Shown here: positions 39,595 to 47,371 of the stretch, in pieces
Position numbering within the stretch: the first letter of the stretch is position 1
Layout: each line of letters begins with the position of its first letter
DNA from: a virus
Length of the DNA stretch: 64,000 bases
Direction: 5' to 3' (one strand)
IMG/VR virus record: IMGVR_UViG_3300017742_004322
Location: 10,939-74,938 of that record
Notes under the pieces: model-generated
What the model was told of the DNA's origin: nothing
Database searches by the model: none
Seen by the model: only the letters and a program-made list of their open reading frames with translations
Translations under genes and position numbers: made by a program

Positions 39595-39727
39595 TGTAAC
39601 TTTTTACTTTATAATAAATATAATTAAAAGCAGGTGTTACTCCAAGTCCACCTAAAATAACTGTAAAAATATTTGGGTGCCAATGCTCTCCACAAAAGCC
39701 TAATGCATGTTTTAAAAATTCAATCAT
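39581..39727 (-). CDS. Small His/Cys-containing membrane peptide (48 aa, not in track)
   Basis: MIEFLKHALGFCGEHWHPNIFTVILGGLGVTPAFNYIYYKVKSYNDKG. Confidence 0.6.
   Translation of the reverse strand: MIEFLKHALGFCGEHWHPNIFTVILGGLGVTPAFNYIYYKVKSYNDKG
39616..39646 (-). promoter_or_regulatory. Phage promoter upstream of dpdA-que cluster
   Basis: CTTGG-N15-TAAT-TATATTT, same spacing as consensus. Confidence 0.6.
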
Positions 39728-39730
39728 AAT

Positions 39731-40525
39731 TTAATTACTTAATGGTGCTTTAATTGTGGGTTGATATTTGTAGCCTTTAATCTCATAATCCCATTCTCCA
39801 TTTAAGATATCTACATTAGATAACTTAATAGTAGGTAAATCAAACCCATCTCTACTAATTTGTTCTTTTGCTTGTTCAATATGATTTAAATATAAGTGGG
39901 TATCACCTAAATTCCCAATTAAATTTCCTGGTTTGTAACCAGTTTCTTCACATAATAACATTAACAATAATCCATAACTGGCAATGTTAAAAGGTAAACC
40001 TAAAAATGTATCTACTGAACGTTGGTTCCACATTAAAGATAGTTCATCATCAGCTACATAACACTGAAATCCATAATGACAAGGGGGTAAGGTCATTTGA
40101 TTTAATTCATCTACATTCCATGCTGATACCATTAATCTTCTGCTGTTTGGATTAGATTTAAGTTCAGTAATTAGATTAGCTATTTGATCATTACCACTCC
40201 AATTTCTCCATTGTTTACCATAAATAGGACCTAATTCACCATCTGTTCTACCAGATTTTTTATAATCACCATCCCATATCTTACAATTATTATCTTGAAG
40301 ATATTTTATGTTAGTATCTCCCTTTAAAAACCACTTTAACTCAGTCACCATTGTTTTGACTGCCATTTTTTTAGTAGTAAGTAATGGAAAACCATCTGAC
40401 ATTTTATGTCTAATTTGCATTCCAAATTTAGATAGAGTTCCAGTGCCTGTTCTATCACCTTTTTCTTTACCATTATGCAGGAGTTCAGCTAAAATGCCTC
40501 TATACTGTTCATCTAATTTATTCAT
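39731..40525 (-). CDS. thyA: Thymidylate synthase
   Basis: DRTGTG, LGPIYG.QW, SRR, LPPCH, QRS.D.FLG.PFN, HLY.NH. Confidence 0.97.
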   Translation of the reverse strand: MNKLDEQYRGILAELLHNGKEKGDRTGTGTLSKFGMQIRHKMSDGFPLLTTKKMAVKTMVTELKWFLKGDTNIKYLQDNNCKIWDGDYKKSGRTDGELGPIYGKQWRNWSGNDQIANLITELKSNPNSRRLMVSAWNVDELNQMTLPPCHYGFQCYVADDELSLMWNQRSVDTFLGLPFNIASYGLLLMLLCEETGYKPGNLIGNLGDTHLYLNHIEQAKEQISRDGFDLPTIKLSNVDILNGEWDYEIKGYKYQPTIKAPLSN

Positions 40526-40529
40526 ATTA

Positions 40530-41060
40530 TTATTTCACTTTTTTAGGTCTTCCTCGTTTTGATTTTTTAACTGAGTATGGGGTTTCGTATTTAAATTCCA
40601 TACAATATTTGTAATAAGATAATAACTCTCCAGGCCAATTGCAAAGTTCTTCTTCAAGCTCTAAACGGGTTATGTTGAATGTTGTTGTAAATGCATCATA
40701 TAATGCCTCTAAACGAGTGGTTTCTTCTTTCCAATAATCCTCCATTAGACGTTTATAGCGAGCAAGATCAACAGCTAATATCTCTAATTGGTCTGAATGA
40801 TTGTGTTTATTAAGGTTAACTTTGTCCTTAGCATTATGTAATGATAGTTGGGCTTGCATAAAATATGATGATTCATTAAAATCACCATTAACAATACGCT
40901 CTTTTAAAGTCGCGCGTTTACCCAATGGCTTAATTCCATCCGTATGACTGCGCCACCACATAAAGCGATTGTAATTTAGCGGTTGATATCGCGCTAAATT
41001 CTTATAGACTACATCGAGTGGTTGGGTTAAAGCTTCTTCTCTAATAAATCTAAAAGGCAT
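40530..41060 (-). CDS. Hypothetical protein with C-terminal AT-hook
   Basis: KRGRPKK at C-terminus. Confidence 0.6.
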   Translation of the reverse strand: MPFRFIREEALTQPLDVVYKNLARYQPLNYNRFMWWRSHTDGIKPLGKRATLKERIVNGDFNESSYFMQAQLSLHNAKDKVNLNKHNHSDQLEILAVDLARYKRLMEDYWKEETTRLEALYDAFTTTFNITRLELEEELCNWPGELLSYYKYCMEFKYETPYSVKKSKRGRPKKVK

Positions 41061-41277
41061 CTTCTGGTTTTCCTGGGTTGCGTAATAATGTCTGTTGTAA
41101 ATCCTTTAATGAACGAAAATCGGTAATTTCATCTAGGTATCCAAATTCATCTTTTGGGGGAGTTGATTTAGGGATAAGATTAGGAGCATTTTGTCTAGCC
41201 CATCTTATATAGCCTGGATCGTTTAATTCAACATCAGCTAAAGTATAACCTTTATATTTTCCGAATTTAAACGTCAT
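41050..41277 (-). CDS. ExoX-C/DUF3820-like small protein
   Basis: FKFGKYKG...V...PGYIRW. Confidence 0.65.
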   Translation of the reverse strand: MTFKFGKYKGYTLADVELNDPGYIRWARQNAPNLIPKSTPPKDEFGYLDEITDFRSLKDLQQTLLRNPGKPEDAF

Positions 41278-41459
41278 TTCGATAAATCTAGTCTACTTAA
41301 AATCATTTCATCCGAAGCACCTTCCATATAAAATACAAAACGATGACATTGTGCTTTAGTCCCAGTATGTACTACTTTATCTTGAAAGATTACTACGTGT
41401 TTAGGAACTACTTTATCCTTTAATTGGATTGATTCAGTTGGAATTTTAACTATTTTCAT
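41274..41459 (-). CDS. Small hypothetical protein
   Basis: ORF track; directly behind promoter. Confidence 0.6.
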   Translation of the reverse strand: MKIVKIPTESIQLKDKVVPKHVVIFQDKVVHTGTKAQCHRFVFYMEGASDEMILSRLDLSK

Positions 41460-41477
41460 TTATCTAATGTATTACTT

Positions 41478-41508
41478 AAATATACGAAATTACTATTGGG
41501 CATCCAAA
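41478..41508 (-). promoter_or_regulatory. Phage promoter
   Basis: TTTGG-N15-TTCG-TATATTT. Confidence 0.8.
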
Positions 41509-41600
41509 TCATACATACAGTAATGTTGAAAGTCGGGACCTTCAACTATCATTAACTTGTCTCCTGTTAACTCACACGTAAATCTTCTAACTACATTCAT
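41493..41600 (-). CDS. 35-aa protein, paralog of 41659-41826 (not in track)
   Basis: MNVVRRFTCELTGDKLMIVEGPDFQHYCMYDLDAQ shares F.CELTGDKL. Confidence 0.75.
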   Translation of the reverse strand: MNVVRRFTCELTGDKLMIVEGPDFQHYCMYDLDAQ

Positions 41601-41623
41601 AACTTTTATTTTTATTAACACGT

Positions 41624-41654
41624 AAATATACGAAGACCCTTTCGGGTCTCCAAA
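41624..41654 (-). promoter_or_regulatory. Phage promoter with GAAA-tetraloop hairpin as spacer
   Basis: TTTGG-AGACCC GAAA GGGTC-TTCG-TATATTT. Confidence 0.85.
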
Positions 41655-41658
41655 TAAA

Positions 41659-41826
41659 TTAATACATTTCGCTTACTAAATGATGGCGATCATATTCAGC
41701 CATTGATAAAGCATATACATCCCATCCTTCACCTTCGGTAACACACTTTTCAACACCATTCTCTCTAATGACTGCTAATTTATCACCTGTTAACTCACAA
41801 TCGAAAAATCTAACTAACTGCTTCAT
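41659..41826 (-). CDS. 55-aa protein (start corrected to ATG 41826)
   Basis: MKQLVRFFDCELTGDKLAVIRENG...; track start lies inside promoter. Confidence 0.75.
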   Translation of the reverse strand: MKQLVRFFDCELTGDKLAVIRENGVEKCVTEGEGWDVYALSMAEYDRHHLVSEMY

Positions 41827-41876
41827 AACCTTTATTTTGTGGCTTCTTGCCTTATTTAACACCGTGAATATACGAA
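41824..41876 (-). repeat. 53-nt promoter/leader repeat, copy 2
   Basis: 48/53 identical to 3820-3872. Confidence 0.9.
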
Positions 41877-41896
41877 GGGGCTTTCGCCCCTCCAAA
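41866..41896 (-). promoter_or_regulatory. Phage promoter with GAAA-tetraloop hairpin as spacer (possible terminator of lysis cassette)
   Basis: TTTGG-AGGGGC GAAA GCCCC-TTCG-TATATTC, 3 nt after stop of 41900-43012. Confidence 0.85.
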
Positions 41897-41899
41897 TAT

Positions 41900-43012
41900 T
41901 TAATATGTTATAGTTAAATCTTCATCTTCTAGATTTTTATAATCATCATGGAATTTTTTTTCTATTCGTCTTCTCCTAAATTCACCTAAAGCAATTTTAT
42001 TTTCTAAGTTATCCATTTTAGTTTTAACATATTCTTCTTCAGTAAGGGTAGGTAGGGTATGTTTTTTTAATAAACCATCCCATCCAGGGATTAAAGCAGG
42101 GTTTATAGGAAAGGAAAGAATTTTTTCTTTTAGGGTTGGTTTTTTAATTATTTCTTCATCATTATCTTCATCTGTAAGTTTTTCCCCATAAATATTTTCT
42201 TTTGGATTTAATTTTTCAAAAGCAAAATTAGCAGCAATTACAAGAGCAATGGCTAAAGGATCAAATACAAATATAATAGTTAAAAGTAACCAATTAATAA
42301 TTTTATCCATTGGTATACCCGTTAATCCTGAGAGATATTTTAAGGGGCCTAATTCACCTGCTATGTCATTATTAGTTTTTACTTCTACTATCTCAGTTTC
42401 ATATTTAAATAATTGTTCATTTAAATTATCTACTTTAGTATTAATTTCAGTTTGACGAGCTATAGCTTGGTCTAATTGTCTTTCTAATGCCCTACGAGTT
42501 GAACTAGAAGTTGTGTTGATAATCTGACCAGTTTCCTTGTCTTTATACTGGATTTTATTGTTAGATAAGCCAGACCTCAAATCAGATACTGCCCCGTTAA
42601 TGGTGCTTTTTTCCGCGTTGTATACCGCTAATTGTTCCCTAATATTATCTCGTTTAGTTTCAATTAAAGCAATTTGAGAATCTATACTTCCTGCTTTAGC
42701 TGCTGTTTCTTGATAGGCAGCTGAAAGGAAACCATAAATACCCATACTAGTAATTAATACTAGAACAAAAGCAGCTATTGTTAAATAGTATTTTAATAAT
42801 TTAGGGATTGATTTACGATACTGGTAGAGTAGGGATGCAATGACTAATTTAGCTACTTCTAATGAAGTAGCCATAATTATTACAGCTAAAGTAGCCCCAG
42901 CAAAAAGTTTGCTAAGACCGCTAACTGAATAGAAAGCGGCCGAAGCAGAAACTGACAGGGCAGAGGATGCGATTATAAAAGGAAATATCCTTTTTTGGAT
43001 TTTTTTCCACAT
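41900..43012 (-). CDS. Membrane protein: 3 N-terminal TM, long coiled coil, further TM (DUF4407-like architecture)
   Basis: Hydrophobic segments, LEVAKL, GIYGFLS, GELGPL, IFVFDPLA. Confidence 0.7.
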   Translation of the reverse strand: MWKKIQKRIFPFIIASSALSVSASAAFYSVSGLSKLFAGATLAVIIMATSLEVAKLVIASLLYQYRKSIPKLLKYYLTIAAFVLVLITSMGIYGFLSAAYQETAAKAGSIDSQIALIETKRDNIREQLAVYNAEKSTINGAVSDLRSGLSNNKIQYKDKETGQIINTTSSSTRRALERQLDQAIARQTEINTKVDNLNEQLFKYETEIVEVKTNNDIAGELGPLKYLSGLTGIPMDKIINWLLLTIIFVFDPLAIALVIAANFAFEKLNPKENIYGEKLTDEDNDEEIIKKPTLKEKILSFPINPALIPGWDGLLKKHTLPTLTEEEYVKTKMDNLENKIALGEFRRRRIEKKFHDDYKNLEDEDLTITY

Positions 43013-43018
43013 GGGGGT

Positions 43019-43438
43019 TTACTTTCTAAAGCCCTTGTGGTTATCTATGCGATCTAATAATTTATTTAATTCTTCAGCTTTTATAAATCCAGCCATAGAT
43101 GCATTTTTAAGGGCACTGATTATTTGTAATATAATGAACGGTATGATAACTGCTTCGCTAAGCCAAGCTGTTCCTGTAAAACCTTTTTCTACCATTAATA
43201 CTACTGTTAAAAACATAACCCAACCTATAGCACGTTGTAATACACGAACTGCTTTTCTTGTTTGAAAACCTTCACGTTTAATTCCAGCTACTATACCAAA
43301 AAAACCATCTATAAAGACAACAGCTATTAAGCCAAGATATTGTTCAGCGTTACTCATAGTAAGCTCCATAAAATAAGAGCATAAAAAAGATAGTGTCAAA
43401 ATAGGGACGGTTAAGAAAGTTATAGTGGAAGTTTTCAT
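43019..43438 (-). CDS. Phage holin family 4-like protein
   Basis: Multiple TM, D.FFG...G, IISALKNA; coupled to endolysin. Confidence 0.7.
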   Translation of the reverse strand: MKTSTITFLTVPILTLSFLCSYFMELTMSNAEQYLGLIAVVFIDGFFGIVAGIKREGFQTRKAVRVLQRAIGWVMFLTVVLMVEKGFTGTAWLSEAVIIPFIILQIISALKNASMAGFIKAEELNKLLDRIDNHKGFRK

Positions 43439-43905
43439 ATTGACCAGTTTTCGTAATAAGTCTTTCCTTTGGAATTTCTTTTAGCTGATAGGATTTGGCC
43501 TCTTTGTTCTCCATCACTATTATATGAAACATGAACCCAATCAGGTCTTTCGTTAGTTCCAAATTCCCAGATTAATTGGTCAAATGGTAAATTTTCTCTA
43601 ATATAATGAAATATTTCTTCATTTTCTGGGCCATTTCGATAATCCATATCAATATCAATAGCTTCACCTTTTGAATGTTGTGAAGTCTTGGAGCCACCAA
43701 TTGCTTCATTTAAAGCTTGGCTTCTATATCCTGAAGAAATGAAAATAGGTTTAGCGAAGTGTTCTCTAATTGGTTGAAATATTTTTTCAGCTAATAATTT
43801 AGCTGCCTCTAGATGTTTGCCTTTAGGAGTATTATCTAAACCTCTACGTTTTGCAGTTGAAGATCTAGTAAATTCACCTAAAGATAAGTTTTTAGATAAT
43901 TTCAT
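43435..43905 (-). CDS. Peptidase M15A Zn-dependent endolysin (start ATG 43905)
   Basis: LSKNLSLGEF, SSGYR, SQHSKGEAID, WVHVS. Confidence 0.88.
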   Translation of the reverse strand: MKLSKNLSLGEFTRSSTAKRRGLDNTPKGKHLEAAKLLAEKIFQPIREHFAKPIFISSGYRSQALNEAIGGSKTSQHSKGEAIDIDMDYRNGPENEEIFHYIRENLPFDQLIWEFGTNERPDWVHVSYNSDGEQRGQILSAKRNSKGKTYYENWSI

Positions 43906-43912
43906 AAGTTTA

Positions 43913-43987
43913 CTAATTACAATTACAGCATGAACATCCACAGGTAAAGTGACAATTACATACTATACAATTACAGCTATTTTTCAT
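43913..43987 (-). CDS. Metallothionein-like 24-aa Cys-rich peptide (not in track)
   Basis: MKNSCNCIVCNCHFTCGCSCCNCN, 9 Cys + 1 His; ATGA overlap with upstream stop, stop 7 nt before endolysin ATG. Confidence 0.75.
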   Translation of the reverse strand: MKNSCNCIVCNCHFTCGCSCCNCN

Positions 43988-44232
43988 TTTTTAGCAAATT
44001 TTTCTAATCCTGCGATACCAAATGAACCTAATGTGATAAATACAAATGAGTTATAAATGAATTCTTGAATTACTAAGTCTTTACCAAAGTAACCTGTTAC
44101 TAAGTCTACTATAGCAAATATTACCATTACAGCAAACGCCATAAATCCAATAACATTCTTTTCATTTACGTTATTATCATCTTTAAAAATATCTTTAAAG
44201 GCCATGATTTTATTTTTTATATTATTAGGCAT
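43984..44232 (-). CDS. Small 2-TM membrane protein (holin/antiholin-like)
   Basis: Two TM segments, basic C-terminus; start may be MAFKD. Confidence 0.6.
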   Translation of the reverse strand: MPNNIKNKIMAFKDIFKDDNNVNEKNVIGFMAFAVMVIFAIVDLVTGYFGKDLVIQEFIYNSFVFITLGSFGIAGLEKFAKK

Positions 44233-44273
44233 ATAAAAACCATTAAGTATAACAAATTATATGCTTATACATA

Positions 44274-44813
44274 TTATTTATTTTTATAGAAAAACTCTAA
44301 AATTTCTTTTTCTAACACAGTATCCATAACAAAATTATCGCCATATTGAATACTTGTAAAAGTTCCATCATTTTCATTAACAATTTCAATAATATAATCT
44401 ATTTCATCATATATTAAACTATAACTTTCACTTTTTTTAACTAAATTAATGCTTTTGTTTTTATCTTCTTGAATCCCAGTAAATGTAATTTCTTTATTAC
44501 TTAAATCCGGAACATTAGTAAGCTTAGTTACACACTGGGCATAATTTGAGTGAAGAGTATCAATTAGATATGTATTATCTAATTCACTCATTAAATATAA
44601 TCTTTGTTTTGAGTCTAATCCACCAGCTTTGAAATCACCAGTATATTGCACCATTGGTAATGATAATAAAACTAATTTTAATTCCGGGGCAAGCTTATTA
44701 AAATTTACTACAGAAGTTATTTGATTACTATTATTAATATCTCTATTAAAAGGTAAAGATAGAAGATCATAAAAAGTCTTTGTGCTAAGATTATCTAATA
44801 TCTGAGGGCTCAT
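44274..44813 (-). CDS. Hypothetical protein in two-component operon
   Basis: ORF track; 1 nt from upstream stop. Confidence 0.6.
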   Translation of the reverse strand: MSPQILDNLSTKTFYDLLSLPFNRDINNSNQITSVVNFNKLAPELKLVLLSLPMVQYTGDFKAGGLDSKQRLYLMSELDNTYLIDTLHSNYAQCVTKLTNVPDLSNKEITFTGIQEDKNKSINLVKKSESYSLIYDEIDYIIEIVNENDGTFTSIQYGDNFVMDTVLEKEILEFFYKNK

Positions 44814-44814
44814 T

Positions 44815-45387
44815 TTATTCTTTTTCTGTTGCGTATTTAACTCCCATAATTGTGCCTACAATAGAAAATGCATTTGTAAGTAAAATACCAAACATATTAC
44901 TCCAGGTTGATCCTATAATTTGAGTATCTGCTCCTGAAGTTAGTGCGATAGCATACATAATTGTAGTAATTATACCCACACCAACTATTACTACTAAAGC
45001 AACTTTCACAATTGTACTAATTAGTTCAAATTGGGTTTTCTTTTGCATTACTTCTAAATCTTCTAATGCTTTATCCTTACCCTTTTCTGCTTTTTCTCTT
45101 AATTGATTTGATGATTCTAATGCTACTTGAAGCTCCTTCATTAGAGTATCATTTTCTTTTTGTTTTTCAACAAGTTCTCCATTTTGTTTTTGAACTTGTT
45201 TCGTAACCTCTAAACGTTTTTTACGTCTAGTAGTATCTTTTTCTTTACAGAGTTCAAGATATTTCTCAAATTCATTATCACCTTTTGGGGCTTTAAGAAG
45301 TTTAAGGAAATTTCCTTCTACATAGATTTTTCTTTTTTTAGCAACCTCTAGTAGAACATTTCTTACATGCTCTGTTATTTCTATCAT
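44815..45387 (-). CDS. Coiled-coil protein with two C-terminal TM helices
   Basis: Heptad-rich region then VALVVIVGVGII... and MFGILLTNAFSIVGTIMG. Confidence 0.75.
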   Translation of the reverse strand: MIEITEHVRNVLLEVAKKRKIYVEGNFLKLLKAPKGDNEFEKYLELCKEKDTTRRKKRLEVTKQVQKQNGELVEKQKENDTLMKELQVALESSNQLREKAEKGKDKALEDLEVMQKKTQFELISTIVKVALVVIVGVGIITTIMYAIALTSGADTQIIGSTWSNMFGILLTNAFSIVGTIMGVKYATEKE

Positions 45388-45824
45388 TACCTATAAACTT
45401 TAAATTCAGCTGATCTATCTTTATAAGCATCATAATCTGTCATAAATTCTTCTAATCGAGGTTCAATATCATCTGATTTAATAATCCAAAATTGAGCTCC
45501 AGCGGCTTTTGCTTTTTCAATTTCTTGATTGTCATCTGATGATGATATAATTCCTATTACACATCCATTACCATACTCAAAATTAATTTTACGAATTAAC
45601 TCAATTCCATCAAAAGATGAACCAAGTATATTTAAATCAACAAATACACATTCGGGGCGTTCTTCATTAGGGTCATCGGGCCACCATTCTTTAAATTTAA
45701 GATTAGCTTCATCTGAAGAATTAAGGGCTTCTAGAGATAAAGTTATATCTAAGATGCTACAGGCATCTTCAAATACCAAGTGGAATAGATCCTCATCGTC
45801 TATAAGTAATATAGAATTTATCAT
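45387..45824 (-). CDS. Stand-alone response regulator (receiver domain only)
   Basis: LLIDDE, FVDLN (phospho-Asp), IISSS, IIK. Confidence 0.9.
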   Translation of the reverse strand: MINSILLIDDEDLFHLVFEDACSILDITLSLEALNSSDEANLKFKEWWPDDPNEERPECVFVDLNILGSSFDGIELIRKINFEYGNGCVIGIISSSDDNQEIEKAKAAGAQFWIIKSDDIEPRLEEFMTDYDAYKDRSAEFKVYR

Positions 45825-47059
45825 GTTGTTTTAATTTTTATTTTTAATATAGTTCCTGTTTTTGTTTTTTCAGAGGTTATAGCAAAACCATGTTCTTTTA
45901 ATATTGCGATACATATATTTAATCCTAACCCTGATCCTCCTTCTTTTTGCCCTGCTTTTCTAGTATATGGTTTTGATAATTGAAGGAATTCTTCATTAGT
46001 CATTCCTCTTCCATTATCTTCTATACATAAAGTAGAATCATTACCCATATAAATAGATACTAATTTAGTAGAACTATCATTATATTTTAACCCATTTCTA
46101 ATTAAATTGTCTATTGCTGTACAAAATAAAGGTTCATTTACATTTACTACAGGTAAACTTTTAATTTTAACTTGCTTAATATAAGATGTAGCAGATAAAT
46201 AATTATTTAGTATAACTGCTAAATTATGATCTTCCATATCTAATTGAGCATCTTCTTTTACTAAGTTAGTAAATTCTTTAACTCCAGCATAAACTCTTTG
46301 TGTATGTTTTAAACCTTCTTCTAACATTTTTAAAGGAGCTTCTATTTTTAATTCTTTAATTTTTTCAGCAGAAACTCTTCTTTTTAAAGAAGTTAACCCC
46401 CTAGGCATATATGTGTTAATTCCACTATGCATATCGTGTCTTAAAATTTTAGCAGCATGTTCTAAATAAGAATTTTTCTGGTTGACTTCAATTTCAGCAT
46501 TGTGTTGTATAGTTGTATCTGTTGCTATTTTTAAAACTTTATTATACCCACCCTTAGGATCTTTTATTGGAGTATAATTACCAAATAACCAACGAGAAGT
46601 ACCATCCCTAGCAATTCTTTCAAATTCACCACTAATAGTTTCACCTCTTTGTAGTCTTTTCCAAAATTCATGATAGTCTAAACTATTGCTATACTCTTTA
46701 GGAACCATATATCTATGGTTTTTGTTTTTTAATTCTTTTTCTGTATAACCCATAGTAGTACAAAAGTTGCTATTATGAGATAAAATTTTCCCTTCCATAT
46801 TAAGTACTACTACTATATTTGATTTATCAATTGCATTTAATTGTAAATCAATATTTGCTTCTTTTAATTTAGAAGTACGATTAAAATCCCAAATAATATA
46901 AGAAAAGAAAGGAATTAGGGCAATTATACATCCATACCCAAATTCAGCTAAAAAATAACTAAACTCAAATACTCTAAATACAAGAAAAGTTTCTAATATA
47001 AAGAATATAAGTATAATTCCAACTGATATGCCTAAACATATTTTTGTAGCTTTATTCAT
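45821..47059 (-). CDS. Membrane PAS-domain sensor histidine kinase
   Basis: 2 TM; PAS (N..F...GY...EL, FW..L..G); H-box RHDMH; N-box NLIRNGLKY; G1 EDNGRG; G2 GSGLGL. Confidence 0.92.
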   Translation of the reverse strand: MNKATKICLGISVGIILIFFILETFLVFRVFEFSYFLAEFGYGCIIALIPFFSYIIWDFNRTSKLKEANIDLQLNAIDKSNIVVVLNMEGKILSHNSNFCTTMGYTEKELKNKNHRYMVPKEYSNSLDYHEFWKRLQRGETISGEFERIARDGTSRWLFGNYTPIKDPKGGYNKVLKIATDTTIQHNAEIEVNQKNSYLEHAAKILRHDMHSGINTYMPRGLTSLKRRVSAEKIKELKIEAPLKMLEEGLKHTQRVYAGVKEFTNLVKEDAQLDMEDHNLAVILNNYLSATSYIKQVKIKSLPVVNVNEPLFCTAIDNLIRNGLKYNDSSTKLVSIYMGNDSTLCIEDNGRGMTNEEFLQLSKPYTRKAGQKEGGSGLGLNICIAILKEHGFAITSEKTKTGTILKIKIKTT

Positions 47060-47071
47060 AGTTATAAATAT

Positions 47072-47100
47072 AAAAAAAGGAACGCTAAATTGCGTTCCTT
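47072..47100 (-). terminator. Intrinsic terminator after nrdA operon, upstream of histidine kinase
   Basis: AAGGAACGC-AATTTA-GCGTTCCTT followed by T-run. Confidence 0.85.
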
Positions 47101-47123
47101 CTTGGCATTTTAAATAAAGTAAT

Positions 47124-47336
47124 TTACTTTTTTATTAGCTTAGATACCTTTAATTTTACAATATCCCAATTACGAGTTGCAAATACACCAAAAGCAAACC
47201 CAGCATAAATTTTGTAGCCAAAAGCCCATAAGATAAGACCGGCAATTAAACCTACTACACCTTCAATTCCGTTAGCTATAACCCAATCTTTAATAGTTAT
47301 AAAGATTTTTTTGATAAAGTTTAATACTTTTTTCAT
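47124..47336 (-). CDS. Small membrane protein
   Basis: Hydrophobic GVVGLIAGLILWAFG/YAGFAFG. Confidence 0.6.
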   Translation of the reverse strand: MKKVLNFIKKIFITIKDWVIANGIEGVVGLIAGLILWAFGYKIYAGFAFGVFATRNWDIVKLKVSKLIKK

Positions 47337-47371
47337 AATTAATTATTTTAAAATTACATTAATAAATATTA

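Noticed and set aside
43906-43941. N-terminal extension MDVHAVIVISKL of the endolysin (possible SAR/signal)
   Set aside because: Overlaps the Cys-rich ORF; MKLSKN at 43905 matches the typical M15A start
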